A stretch of DNA of 62,200 bases, filler included, from Basidioascus undulatus (Eukaryota), in NCBI GenBank assembly GCA_000826855.1. It is 5 parts of 5 records of this genome, joined end to end, with 100 filler letters (N's around TTAATTAATTAA, not from the genome) between each part and the next. Parts side by side here need not be neighbours in the genome. Positions count along the whole stretch, not along the records: positions 16,672 to 45,536 come from JTLS01000142.1; positions 45,637 to 53,869 come from JTLS01001420.1; 3 more parts are not named here. One strand, written 5' to 3'. The position numbers and the translations under genes were made by a program. The notes under the pieces are model-generated. The model ran no database searches and had not been told where the DNA came from. It worked only from the letters and a program-made list of their open reading frames with translations. Below are positions 36,490 to 49,098 of the stretch, piece after piece; position 1 is the stretch's first letter, and every line of letters starts with the position of its first letter.

Positions 36490-37110
36490 TTACGCCCACC
36501 ACCAGTCGACCGTCTGAACCCCCTGACCCAGCCCGGCGGGGACGAGCGCCTGAAAGAGGGACGGCGTGAGGTCGATGCTGTTCCACCCGCAGCCGGGGCA
36601 CATGTCGACGACCTGTCGTGGTCAAATAAGCATCGGTGGATCCATAAATATAAACTTGATACAGGGAGAGGACGGAAAGCATCTTACCTGCGCCCACTGC
36701 TGCACGTTGGTGTCCGGGTTGCGGATGACGATGCCGCGCCAGCTACAGATAGGTATCTCAGCCCGTTTATTCGGTGTATGTGGACTATACAGAAAGGAGA
36801 TAGACTCACCAGTTGCCCTGGAACTGGCCGGTGTTCATCGCAACAGTGTAACCGTTGTTGCTGAGCCACGAGCCACAGGCGCCTTGGTTGCCAGTCTCGG
36901 CCTGAATGCGAGGATAGGCCTCTTCAGTATCGGACGGTTCCAGTCTGGGGTAGTAGACAAAGTAATACCCACGTTGTAGTATGTCGCAGTGCCCCAGTTA
37001 CCGCGCTTCTCCACGACGGCGGGGGAAGTCTCGTTGGCGGGCGCGGGCAAGGCAGTAGCGAGCCCGGCGAGGAGCGCGAGGGCGGCGGCGGCGGAGCGGG
37101 TGAACATCAT
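36490..37110 (-). CDS. Secreted RlpA-like double-psi beta-barrel (loosenin/expansin-like) protein, 4 exons
   Basis: Signal peptide, pro-region ending EKR, then GTATYY|PETGNQGACG...VAMN...|VVDMCPGCGWNSIDLTPSLFQAL...GVQTVDWWA*. Confidence 0.88.
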
Positions 37111-39250
37111 CTCGGCTTTTTTGCGGTACAGTCTAGAAGAGCGGAGGATGAATAGTGGATGATGGGAGAAGAAGCAGGCAGTGGAAGAAACCCGGCTCTT
37201 ATACAGGACGGGTTTTCGCTTGGCATGGTCAGCTCGTCTTTCAGGGCGAACACCAGAACTGTAGTGACGCGTTAGGCGGACTGTGGCCCATTGCGCCGAG
37301 AAGTGCTTTTGGGAGCGAGCGTTAATGTCGACATTTATCGACCCGACCAGGGCAGGCAACCAAGTCCCCGAAATTCGACGATCGGTCACGGCTTCGGTGC
37401 CTGGACCGAAAGGCTCGCTCCCGGACAGACGACAAGTGAGTTACCCGGAAGGTGGGGGGTCGAAAGAACGTACTTCACGGACACGAGGCACTCGCTTCTG
37501 GCCCTTCTGGCGAAGAGGGTGTTGCCGCTCAATAAAGGGCTGTTGCGCGAGGTGGAGCACGGATGACGGTTGTCGGAACTCGGAGAGTAGTGACGATTCG
37601 TAAACAGATGATCATCCTGTCAGACATTCAAATTTGGACGGCCTTGGTTGTTTGACAGGGTTCTTATCAAAGAGTTGTGGGAGCGGGTTGCAGCGGACGT
37701 GCATGGTGATGCTCGAATGCCGGGGTGCCTGGTGTGTAAAACTTTCATAGAGGCTGACTGCCAAGCATGATGAGAATACACAGTCAGCACCATTCCAGTG
37801 ACAATAATGCCCGGCCTTGAGGCCAGGTATGGAGGAACGGTCAAGGAACGGCTATGTTTCGAGGGTGGGTCGGTGAGACATTCATTTAATCGAGAGCTGA
37901 GTCAGCGTTGAGGTAGGGCAGACGAGCATGATCGTCGTCGACCGTGGCCTTTCCCTCCGTTCGAGACCTCTCTTTTTCACAAATGGCTATGTTCGAGGGG
38001 TTTGCCAAATCTGATCCTGAAACGATTTGCCATTGGGGTCATCATGCGCGGATCGTGACGCCGGAGGTCGAAGCCTTGGAGGGTAAAAGTCGCTCAGTTG
38101 GCCATGGCCGCGCTGACTGATAGCAGGGCCAGTCGCTTAGTGCTCTTGAGAGGCTCTCATAATTGAACCAGATCCCTTCCGTAGGGACATCTCCCAACAG
38201 GAGAAGACCAATGCAAGCTCTGCCGATGCAGCTGCCATGGGCAAAGCTGCGCTCAACCGCGGCATTGCACACAGTGATGGACATACGTTTGACCCTCCTC
38301 ACTTTTGCAAGTTATTGGATCAGGTGTTCTGGAGGATGAGGTTTGTATCCTCAGAGAGGATGTTTGACTGGTCCGCTCAAATCTCATGTTCAGCATTGGT
38401 TCAGCATTCACTTCTCTCCGGTTCCATCGATGCTTTGCAGCTGTACCCGCTCCCTAGTATACCAACCTGTTATGTTCTGCAGGATTTTTAAGTGAAACAA
38501 TAGCCACAAGTCTCCCGTTGAAAACAATACGCACTGCTAGTGCCCATATCGGCGGCAACCATTTCATCGTGGACAGAAAAGGCGCAATGCAATACAAAGT
38601 TAATAAAACTGGCGTACCGGCTCGGTGCACTGAGCGCTAAAATGGCGCATAGCCTGGGCGACTTCCTGCCCGATCCGGCGGCGCCGCCTCAAGAGAAGAC
38701 ACTCCCTCGCTTCGCGCTTCTTGACTTCACCTTGCCTTCTTATTTTACCGTCTGACAAGCTGCTCATCTCGGCAGCACAGACTGCACACAGATATTCGCT
38801 CACACAGGCAATACTCGTTCTTTTCTTCCCAGTTCGCTCCCGCTCGTTTTCTCAAACAGCGCAACTTGCGACTTCCGTCTCTCGATCGAGTCCATCGACC
38901 CTCCTTCTCTGCTGGCGCTCATCATCAACCCATTCTCTTCCTCATCCACTGGAGCTTCGAAATGCTCATTCACCCGCAATATCGTTAACCTTTCACCCTT
39001 TCACTGACACTCCCCATCTTGACCTGCGATCGCCCGAACCGCACATTGGGGCAACTCTGATCCTTCAATCCGCTCACTTCCCGCTCTCTCCCAAGGCGGT
39101 CCCGCACCGTTTGCCCCGAGCTCACTCATCACCCAGTGCATCATGCGCGCACGTCAGAACGCGCGCAGCGCTAGCGTTCATTGGTGCCAGCGCATTCGCA
39201 TCTCACCCTGACCGCAAACCATCACCACCTCGCCTGCGCTCCGCTTCAAG

Positions 39251-41893
39251 ATGGCTTCGCTCGCTCGCCGCACCGTATGTCTCGAAGACTACTGCCCTGA
39301 TTCAGCGACAAGGAAAGAGGCTACGGAGCATGAGGATAGCTGGTATATACAGGTTTGTGATTTGATGCGCTCGCACCGCACCGGTCGAGGCTGATGGACG
39401 TCCACCGCTTCGAAGCCTAAGTACTCCCTCGGCGTCGCGATGGGCCTCACGGCCATCCTGGGCATCGTGATCGTTCTTCAATTTGCCAAGAACATTGCGA
39501 CCTCCAAGCGGTATGGCGACCTTTCCGTGATTAGACCAATCGGTCGCCTGGGATTGTCGGCTGATGCCCCGTTGCTTGCAGCGCACGCCGTCTGGGCGCC
39601 ATCCCCGGTCTGCGTCGCATCGCGGCACTCTTCCGAGCGACGGGCTACCACCGCATGTGCATCTTCTCATTCGAGCTCCCTTCGACGTTTGCCGTTCTCC
39701 TGCTCTTTTTCTTGTTCATCTGGACGACGGCGTGGTGCGTTCCTTCCTCTCCGCGCTGATCTCAAGGAGTTCTCAAGCTCAACGCTTTATCCGTCCTTCA
39801 GGTCGTTCGCCATCAAGCCGTACTGTAAGTCTCGTCGCTCTCGCTTTTCTCGGTGGCACGCTCTGAGAGCGTCTTGTGTAGACCGTCCTGGAATGGAGTG
39901 GGGCAGCCCCCCCCTCGGTCTGCGGAGCGGATACATGGCTCAAGCGATGATTCCATTTGTGTTGTGAGTAGTATTGGCTCGCTTGTTTGTCTGGGTTAAG
40001 CTGAGTGGTCTTTACGTGCAGCGCGCTCGGCAGTCGAGTGTTCGTCGTTTTTCTCCTTCCGCAGAAGGCGCATCGACTGAACTTCTGCACATACACAGGA
40101 ACCCCATCTCCCTTCTCACTGGGATTGCGCACGAGCGCCTGCAAGTCTATCACCAGTACGGAGCGCGCATCATCCGTGCGTCTTTCTTTACTCCACACCC
40201 CTTCCAGCTCGTGGTCTGAGACGAGCGCCCGCCTTCAGTCTTCCTCTCGTTCGTGCACACGCTTCCGTTCCTCGTGGGCCCGTACCGCCAAGGCGGCGCT
40301 CGCTATGTCAAGGCCTATTGGTACAGCTCGGACCACAACGTAAGCGGCGCCTTGCTTCTTTTGTGTATTGCGGAGAAGATCTGACGTCGCCCTCAAGTGG
40401 AACGGCGCTGCGTCGCTCGCCGCGCTCGTGTGGATCGTGTTCTCCAGCTTCGCTAAGTTCCGGAAGATGTGCGTCACCGTCGGGAAGATGTGTCTATTGC
40501 ATTGTTGACGAAACATCCTGTGCAGGAATTACGAGTTCTTCGTCTTCCAGCACATCGTCAGCTTCCTGGTAGGTTTTTTTTTGCCCTTGGAGGCATTTGA
40601 TTTGGGCAGTCACTCACCGGGTTCCTGCAGGTTTTCCTCGTCTTCATGTTCCTGCACTGCAACGTCAGCATCCCCGATGCGCTTTACTACCTGTTCGTGC
40701 CCCTTTTTCTCCGAGCAACACCCTCGCGCCCAGAGCTCACAGTGCTTGCAGCTACGTCTCCGTCGGCGCCCTCGCCTGGTCATTCTTCGGCCGCATCCTT
40801 ATCATGCTGTGGGCGAACGAGTTCCGCTTCAGCCGCGCGACGGTTGAGGCGCTCCCGGCGGGCATGACGCGCCTCACGATTGAAACGCCCTTGCGCTGGA
40901 CGGCGGGGCAGCACGTCTACCTGCGTCTGCCTACGATCAACCCACTCGTACTCCCTCATCCTCACCTGTTTCGTCTAGCACACATACTGACAAGCCAAAT
41001 ACTAGCAATCCCACCCCTTTACCGTCGCCTCCCTCCCCTCGCTCAACCTGCATTCGCACTCGAACACGCTCGTCCTCCTCGCGCGCACGCGCTCAGGCAT
41101 CACACGCCGCCTCGCAAGCGGTGGGCTCAAGTCCGGCGCGCCGATTCTTATCGACGGGCCGTACGGCGGCCTGCCGCGCCCGATGGAGTCGTACGACACG
41201 GTCCTCCTCGTCGCGGGCGGTGCGGGCGCGACGTTTGTCGTCGGCGTGCTGCTCCAGCTTGTCAGGGCCATGGAGGAGGGCGCGGGGTCATGCAGGGAGG
41301 TCAAGCTTGTGTGGGCGGTCAAGGACGAGGGTGCGTCTCCTTACGGTTGGTTCCCTTCCCGCCTGTACCCTGAACGCCGAGACTGCAGACTGCATCGCCT
41401 GGTTCGCACCGACGTTTGAACGCCTTTCGCAGCTCGCGTCGTTCAGCAACGTCTCCATCACGGTGCACGCTACGGGCCACGGTGCGGGCGCGGAGTCCTC
41501 CGTCGAAGCCGACGCAGACAAGTCTGCGGAGCTGGACGACGTCTCGCCCGCGCTGGACACGCTCGAGGCGCGCGATAATGCCAGCAAGCCCCTCTACCGC
41601 ATCGAAAGCGGGCGCCCCGACGTCCCCGCTCTCCTGCGGGAGGCGGCATCCACCGCCCCCGGGACCAGACTCGGGATCGCCGGTACGTGCTTCCCGAGGC
41701 TTTATGTGCCCCTGTGTTGATTCGGTCCATGCTCACATGCTGATATGCCGTCAACGCCCTCGCAGTCTGCGGCCCGCCCTCGCTCAACTTTGACGCGACC
41801 AACGCGGCCGCTGCGCTCGAGCTTGACCTCGCGCGCGGCGCGCTGCCTGGGAAGAGCGACGTCTGGCTCCACGCCGAGTCGTTCGCCTGGTGA
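39251..41893 (+). CDS. Ferric-chelate reductase (FRE family), multi-exon
   Basis: WGSPPLGLRSG; NPISLLTGIAHERLQVYHQ; heme-ligand His in YHQ, VHT, QHI and LHC; FAD motif HPFTVAS; DGPYGG; LVAGGAGATF; CGP; ends HAESFAW*. Confidence 0.92.
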
Positions 41894-43392
41894 TCTACGC
41901 AGGTTTTAGATGTGTCAGAGTTGTCGATGTGTTTCGTTTGCGATATGTCGGTTCTGGGAGAGCGGCGAGCAAGACTAGTGTGATGAGCTTCGGTCCGATA
42001 TGAATATCTCCACTCTACTATTTCGCTTGCCCTGGAGGTAGCGTCTGGGATACCTGCGAAAGAGCTCTGGGTTAGGGTAACCACGTGTCGTTCTTGTCAA
42101 GGACCTCAAGACGGCGGACGCGGGTCGCTTCCGTGCCTGCTCTGTTCCCCTACCGCTGAAGACTGGCGAGCTCTCGCCTAAGAGCAGCCCGTGCCACAAG
42201 CTGCTCACATACAATAAGCTCCAGAATCTTCTGAACTCCCGTTCTGTCAACAAAAGCGATCGAGGCTGTGAGAGCGATCCGGCCGAGCACCAGCATCCCA
42301 TGCGCCGTCGCACTGCGCGGCGCACGCTGTCGGGGAAGGTCGGTGATTGCAGGTTGCGATCAATATTCTGGCTGCACCTGTTTGATTACACGGGCCCTTT
42401 TGGTATGAACACTTCTTCTGATTCGTGAAAGACACGAACAGCGTATGAGCCTAGATTTATTACCCAGCCCAGCCTGGCCACTGAGTCCCATAGCCCGGGA
42501 GCATGATCTGGGAATGCTGCCCTGAAGCTCATATGCTCATACAGGGCATGAAGGGCTTTTGGAGTGGTAAGCGTCTTGCGGAGAGTCGAAGGCAACGCAT
42601 GCTGCACAGCCTCGTCGACTGGCCTGTAGCTTCCGAAACTGCACCAGAAGGCCGTTCGCTACTAATGGGCTCTTCGCTACTGCTTCTTGTGGTTATTTCT
42701 GATGCGCCTTATCCGTTAAATTGTCCTATATTATATCTGAGGTCCAGTTCGCCTCGTCAGACAGGCTACGAGGCCCCTGGTAATCAGCACAGGCTGTAGC
42801 AAGAGAGATGTGTGCTGTTCTGCTCTGTAATGTTTTAAGAGGGCATTTGGGACCCACCGGCTTGCCGAGGAACAGAACGGTGCAGGGGTATACAACGATC
42901 CTACACGCAGTTGCTTTTTTTTTTCACTGGCTGATACGAGGCAGCATTTCCGTATAAGTCAGTCCATTCAGTTCGTGTATCTTGGTCGAACAAACCGATC
43001 TCTTCTATGTCGGTACTGCATCTCTGCGAACAGACGCGAATCATGTACTGGAAGTGATGACGGGAACAGGGGTGCAGGTTCTTGCCGAGCGTCGCAGAGC
43101 TGACATCTAAAGGGTAAGAATGTCGAGGAGGCCAGGACCGTGCCGCTGCTACTTCCTGCAACTTTATGAATGGGGTACCTCCTCTCCTTCCGGCGGTTCA
43201 AATACTTTCATACACTATGAAGCAGCGAAGAACCTGGAAGGACGTCTGTGGGCTCCGGTGTGCATGGGCTTGCCCGCTTATCAGAAGTCTGGCTCGCCAC
43301 ATATTGGACTTTCGATTTCAGTCCGCCCCTTGGACGTCTCCCTCCTCCCACCTTCCCTCCCACTCTTCCATCACGTCCATCTCTTCCTGATC

Positions 43393-44614
43393 ATGGCGAA
43401 GCTCACTGTAGTACTCCCTGACGAAACCTTACTCGACATCGTCTCTCACGCTATTCAAATCTGGATTCCACATCGCACCCTCGGGCGCTTTCCGAGTCTT
43501 TCGCGCCGCTTCCATGCGCTCTTCGACCCGCTCCTTTACCGCAACCCAGAATTTACCGCCAACAACGCACCAACATTCTTGCGCTCCATTCATATCCGTC
43601 CAGATCGTGCGTCTCTCGTGCAGACCCTCGAAAACACGGTGTTCGGGTTGCCGTTCGATATCGTCGACGGCCGTATCGTCATGCAGGATGGTCCGGCGGT
43701 CTACGCTGCCAAGTCGGAGGCGCGCAATGCCGTCGCCGAGATCCTCGAATTCCTCCCAATATCCAACATCTCAAACAGCCCTTGAAGAGCTTCTTTGCGC
43801 CCCGGCGGACGCCCTCCCGCGCGCGCTCCGCACGCTTCCCTCGCTCGACTACGCCGCTTGTAACATAGCTGAGGTGGCGCCGGCTTTTGCCTTGCCGGCT
43901 CTTCGATCGCTCATCATCAATTAGGAGCTTCTCCATGAAGGTGATTACGATGAATACGACGGCGACAACCCGGTCATCCTCGCGCGCCAGGCGCACACGT
44001 CAACGGTCGAGCACCTCGAGCTCCGCCACCCGGGATTCATCGAGCCCGAAAGGCAGGAGGAAGCAGAAGACCTCCTCTCCGGCATCCTGAGCTTCCCGCG
44101 CACGCTCAAAACTCTCACTTTCTATGGCGGGGACATGCTGTTCGAGACCGACAGCCGCCTTGTGCTGCACGCGCTGCTGGGTCCATCGCACTCGACCCTC
44201 GTCGAGCTTTCGCTCATCTCAGCCGACTTCGACGACCTCTCCTGGGCTCGCGGAGTTCACCGCGCTACGTCGGGTCGCTGTCTCGGCCGGTAGGACGCTC
44301 GGCGCTATCTTAGGGTGGCACAAGCGCTTCGGGGCAGCCCGATCAAGTTGCTCTCGGTCCACGCGCTCGACGTGCATCTCCGTCCGCCCAATTTCCAGAG
44401 GCAGCCCACCGCCCTTGCGGAGCTCGCGCAGTACATCGCCAGCAGGGACGTCTACGCGCTGAGGCTGCAGACGGTCACGTTCCGGACGTCGAGGCAGGAG
44501 TACGCGGACAAGGTCCGCGAGTCGGGTGCGGTGCGGGATGCGTGCGCGGCAGCTGGTGTGAAACTCAACTCGTCTTTGGTGCGTTGCTCAGGGTCAGCTG
44601 AAGCTTTGAGGTAA
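43393..44614 (+). pseudogene. Intronless F-box/LRR-like gene disrupted by frameshifts and in-frame stops
   Basis: 'LPDETLLDIVSH...SLSRRFHALFDPLLYRN...FLRSIHIRPDRASLV' N-terminus. Frame break near 43755-43785, TAG at 43922 within 'LPALRSLIIN*ELL', and a second disruption near 44240-44295. Confidence 0.7.
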
Positions 44615-45120
44615 CATAGCACGGGAGCCGGAACACTTTTGAGCTTTTGCCGCACAGGTTAGGAGGTGCTCGAGAGTAGATTGGGATGCATGCCTCTGTT
44701 AATTGAAGCGTTCATGTGTCTCATTGCGACAGCCTGTCTTTTGCATAGTACACTCATGAGAGCGCACAGGCAACCCGCTGGGAATGCCGAATCTCCGAGT
44801 TCCCTCGCGCTCACATCCGCCCTTTCAGACGACGGGAGAGATATTAATGTGCTGTAAAATCCAGCTCACCTTCTGCAGACCCATGCTTCAGCATCAGCTT
44901 TCAGTCGCCGGCCTTCCTGTTGCAAAAGCGATTGGCGGAGCCTGAACCATCCCAGTGAGTGAGAGGTGAAATCAAGCACGCCCCAAACGTCAAATCCACA
45001 TGGCACACAGTCACCGTGTTCCTCGGTCCAACTTCATCGCATAATATACAACAAACGAAACACATAAACAGTAACACAACATCGCGTACACCGCCCCCTC
45101 CCATCCCCTCCCCTCCAAGC

Positions 45121-45480
45121 TCACGACAGTCCCCCCTCCAGCTCCAACGCCCAGTCATCAAACGAATCACTATCCCCGTCTTCCTCCCCATCCCCTGCCC
45201 CCTTTGCGCCCTCACCTTCTCCTCCTCCTCCCCGCTCCTCGTCCTCCTCCTCCGCCTCTGCCTCCGCCTCCGCCTCCGTGACCGTCCTCCCCACTCGCAG
45301 CCCGGACCCGCTCGGGACGCGCCCGAGGATCCGCGCGCGCTTCCCGCCCGGGACGGGGAGTTTTCGTGCAGAGGCGGAGGCGGCGGAGGTGGTGTAGATG
45401 ACGGACTCGGCGTCGGAGGAGGATGCGGGGTCGGGGTCTTCGAGCGTGGAGGGGCGTGGGCGCTTGGGTTCGCGGTCGGG
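45121..45480 (-). CDS. Last exon of an unidentified gene (acidic C-terminus), truncated by gap
   Basis: CAG acceptor, then an open frame PDREPKRPRPS...EAEAEAEEEDEE...SDSFDDWALELEGGLS*. Reminiscent of Fcp1-type acidic tails but not diagnostic. Confidence 0.6.
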   Translation of the reverse strand, partial: PDREPKRPRPSTLEDPDPASSSDAESVIYTTSAASASARKLPVPGGKRARILGRVPSGSGLRVGRTVTEAEAEAEAEEEDEERGGGGEGEGAKGAGDGEEDGDSDSFDDWALELEGGLS

Positions 45481-45536
45481 CTGGTGGAAAGATTGGGAGA
45501 GAAATTCAAGGACAACCGCACTGCAGTATAGATCGG

Positions 45537-45636
45537 NNNNNNNNNNNNNNNNNNNNNNNNNNNNNNNNNNNNNNNNNNNNTTAATTAATTAANNNNNNNN
45601 NNNNNNNNNNNNNNNNNNNNNNNNNNNNNNNNNNNN
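45537..45636. other. Artificial contig spacer
   Basis: 44N-TTAATTAATTAA-44N. Confidence 0.97.
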
Positions 45637-46029
45637 GCGGGCCAACAAAAATGCTGAACAGTTTTACGAAGCCATGAAGAACAGGTTCTTTTTCAATCCC
45701 TTCCGGCACGCTTCAAAACGATCCATGCCTGCAGTGCAGCCAAATTTTGACCTCAACGCTGTGCAATGTGCACTGCCTCTACGGCGCGTGCTACACTGTG
45801 AGTCTCATGCACATGAGTTTGCCGCAATATGCGACTATATGTGTTCTTTTTCTAAGAGACGCTTCTTACAGTCTTTTTGTCCGCATATGACGTGGTTCAG
45901 GACGAGGAGAGGCGCAGGCATGAAGAGGCAATTACGCCTGTTTTGCTACATCTATGATCTTCCAGGGATACTGGGGCAATTCGAAAGAAGCTGAAGAATA
46001 TTCACCTTTGCTGTTGGTCGATTAGTAAA

Positions 46030-48460
46030 GGTCAACAAGTTCAAGTTGGGTGATGTCTTCACTCTCATCCAGCCGCTTAGGACGCCATGGGCGCCAGAGA
46101 AGGTGGAGCTGTTCAGCCACGGTGATGTGCCTCGTCTTCCTCTGGTGCCTCCGCTTGTGGGCAGTGTTCCTGCTGGGGGACAAGTGGTCCAAGTATCTCC
46201 AGTGCATCCTCGACTACTTCGCCCTGCTACACCACAACCACGCCACTCTCGATAAGCTCCATGGCACCCTCTTGCATGTCTCCTTCATCATGCCCCGCAG
46301 GCACCCCTACCTAGTGGCGCTGCAATCACAGCTGCATGACTTCTGCAGCTTGTTGCCATTCTCCCACTGCTGCAGAGCCCCTGCTGTGGACGCCAAGATT
46401 GACTGGTGGCTGGTGATGCTGCACTGTGAGTTTGTTGGGCAGCCCATCCCCTGCCGGCTCGCACTGCTCGACCCAGGCAACTCTGTGGACACCAGCACTG
46501 ACTGGGGGATCGGCATCTGCATCAGTAACGTTTGGTGGCCTTCCAGCTGTGCAAGGGCTGGGCAACACCCTGAGCGCAACATTGGTTGGGCTGAGGGCAC
46601 CACACTCGAGCTTGGCATCTGTGCCTTGATTGGGCTGGGCTGGGCTGGCTGCGCCATCCACCTTCACTTGGATAATGAAGGTGTGGTGTCAAACTGGAGG
46701 AAATCCTGCTCACAGAATGTAGAGGCCAAACAGGGTCTTCAAGCGCATCAGCATACTTGCCAACACTCACAGCCTTGTCATCCAGATGGAGTGCATCCAG
46801 TCCAATGACAACCCAGCTGACCTGATCTCGTGCAGCAACCTGGGGCGTCACCACCCGCTCCTCCTCCTTTTCCCCATCTCTGCTTCCCTTCACAACCTCA
46901 TCCATGTACGGACTTAGAGCCAGATTGCAGGCAGAGGTGGCTGAGCATGAGAGGCAGATTCTGGATGGGTGGCAGGCTCACAAGACAGCGCACTGCAGTG
47001 GCAGCAGCTCATGCTGACCCTCCTACTCCACCCGTTGTCCTCAGCTTTACTCAGGTAGCCTTACCCCCAAGCTGTCTCCCCTCTGCCCACATGTACTCGC
47101 TGTTGACCACATCCTCTAGTGGAAGCCTCGGGTCAACAGTTTCATCCTGCTGGACATGTACCTCAACCCCATCCAACTCTCCTCCACCATCCTTTCACAC
47201 ACTGCCACCATCCTCTCCCACATTCGTGAGCCAAGCACTCTCAAAGTCTTTGGCACTGGCCTCATGCATTTCAAGTGTTCTGTGATGGTGAATCCATCCC
47301 TGAAGTCAAGTGTGTCCCAGCCTCCCCCACCTCATCACAGTCCTCATTGCCCCCATGCTGGCTGCTATGCAGTGTCCACCCTCGTGAATTATGTGGCTGG
47401 CCTCTGTACCTGGCATGTCTTCCACAACATGCCGTGGCTTGGCAATACTGACCTTGTCGATGCAGTGTGCCATGTTGTGGGAAAGCTCACACCTGAATTG
47501 TCCCACTGCCCAGAGTGCAATCCAGTATCCCTCCAGCACATGCACACACTCCAGGAGGGCCTCAGCCCACAGTCATGCCAGGACATTGCAATTCTCACTC
47601 TCGCGACCATGGCCTTCTGGGGCTGTGCCTACCTTGGTGAGCTCATGCTTGATGGCTCAGAAACCTTCCACTTGCAGCTCACCCTATCCTATGTTGTGGC
47701 ATGTCCGCATGGCATGCAGTGTGACCATCAGCTTGTTGCACCTCCTGTGGACAATTCTCAGCTGGTGCAATGACACTGTTGACACTGTGGCCATCAACTC
47801 GCACCTCACAGCCAATGCCCTGCTGCTGAGTGAGGACATGAAGTGCATGCCATTCTTCACATACTGCAGTGCCTGGAGCATGTGCAGCCTCTCCAAGAGG
47901 GTGTTCCTTGCACATTGCACCAAGGTCTGGCACACCACTGGCCTGGAGGTCCTGCCTCGCTACTCCTTCCAGATTGCCTGAGGAGAAGGTCCGCCTGCTC
48001 TACTGCTGGGCCTCCGCCACCTGGAAGCTGTATGTTTGCAAGCGCTGGGAGCTCCTTGGCCCCTTCATCAGTTCCTGCCAGGGGCGCCCTAAGAACCTGG
48101 ACAATTGTGGGTCCCCATGTACAAAAGCCAGTCCAAGCACTGATGGTAAGCCTCACCTTTCTGCCCTCCTCTCCCATCTGGGGATTCAGCACCCACTGTT
48201 CCAGCCCATCACTCACCAATGACTTTGTCTCTGTGTTGTGGGTTCCCCTCACTGACAGCCTGTCTCAGTGTTGCCTTCCCACTGTGTGCAGACCGTGCCT
48301 TGCACCCAGGGGTTTGGACCGGTTCAGTTCTGTCCTCTCTCCCCTCAGTGGTGGGGTGGTGGTGGTCGCCTCAGCATCCAATCAAATGCAGCCTGTTTGC
48401 CTTGCCCGCCTGTATGCTGCATGTCTCAGTCAGAGGTGCAGGAAGCAGCAAAGACAATAA
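46030..48460 (+). mobile_element. Degenerate DIRS/Ngaro-type tyrosine-recombinase retrotransposon (RT C-terminus, RNase H, YR); boundaries approximate
   Basis: RT/RH remnants 'TPWAPEK', 'LHGTLLHVSFI', 'DTSTDWGIG', 'NIGWAE..LELG', 'HLDNEGVV..W', 'SNDNPADLIS'. YR remnants 'STLVNYVAGLCTWH', 'AFWGCAYLGEL', 'YSFQI' (decayed HSFRIG). Many frameshifts and stops. Confidence 0.85.
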
Positions 48461-49098
48461 GACTCATGAGTTGTTAGCATGGGCAGTACGCCCGCCTAAG
48501 GCGCAGACTGAAATCAGTTCCAAAGTGCGGGCATGCTTTATGCATCCAGGAAGATGTTGGGTCATCCTTTGAGGCTTTTCTCTCACGTCACATGGGGCTG
48601 CCTATTGACTACGGTCGGCATCCAGCACATTCCTGTTACTCATGCCCCGTTCGCTCAGTGTGATGAGGAGCTCGTCAAGGTGCTCGTGGCAACTTTGACT
48701 TAATTGGTGCTGCATACATGTCTTTTCTTGCTTGCCTGTCATGCAGTGCGGTGTGCGGTGTAACAGCGCAACAGAATGGCCGGTGTGCCGAAATCAGCTG
48801 TGGTGGCATCACTTTGCTGAACAAAATTGGTTGAGCCACCTTGATCACCGCATTATTCTGAAAATTTAATACCGAAGAGGCTAGGCAGTCTTGCTCGTAT
48901 ACAGAGCGAGAGCGAGACGATTTGGAGACGATTGCCATTCAGACGACTTGCAGCTGCGCCGCGAGTGCGGCGTCGAAGAAATCGGGCCTAGCGCGCGCCG
49001 CGCCGTTTACTCCTGAACCATCACCTCCTTTCCTCCCTCACACTGCCTACTTTATTCAGCCCCACTTCCGATCGACCTTACCAAGTCTGATAACGCAG

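Noticed and set aside
42386..42800. CpG-poor patch with a short ORF; similar patches at about 12700-13400 and 53450-53700
   Set aside because: Probably transposon debris, but no recognisable domain or terminal repeats.
43922..44293. In-frame TAG codons as possible A-to-I editing or readthrough sites
   Set aside because: The same gene also has frameshifts, and stop-correcting editing is established in filamentous ascomycetes, not in this group.
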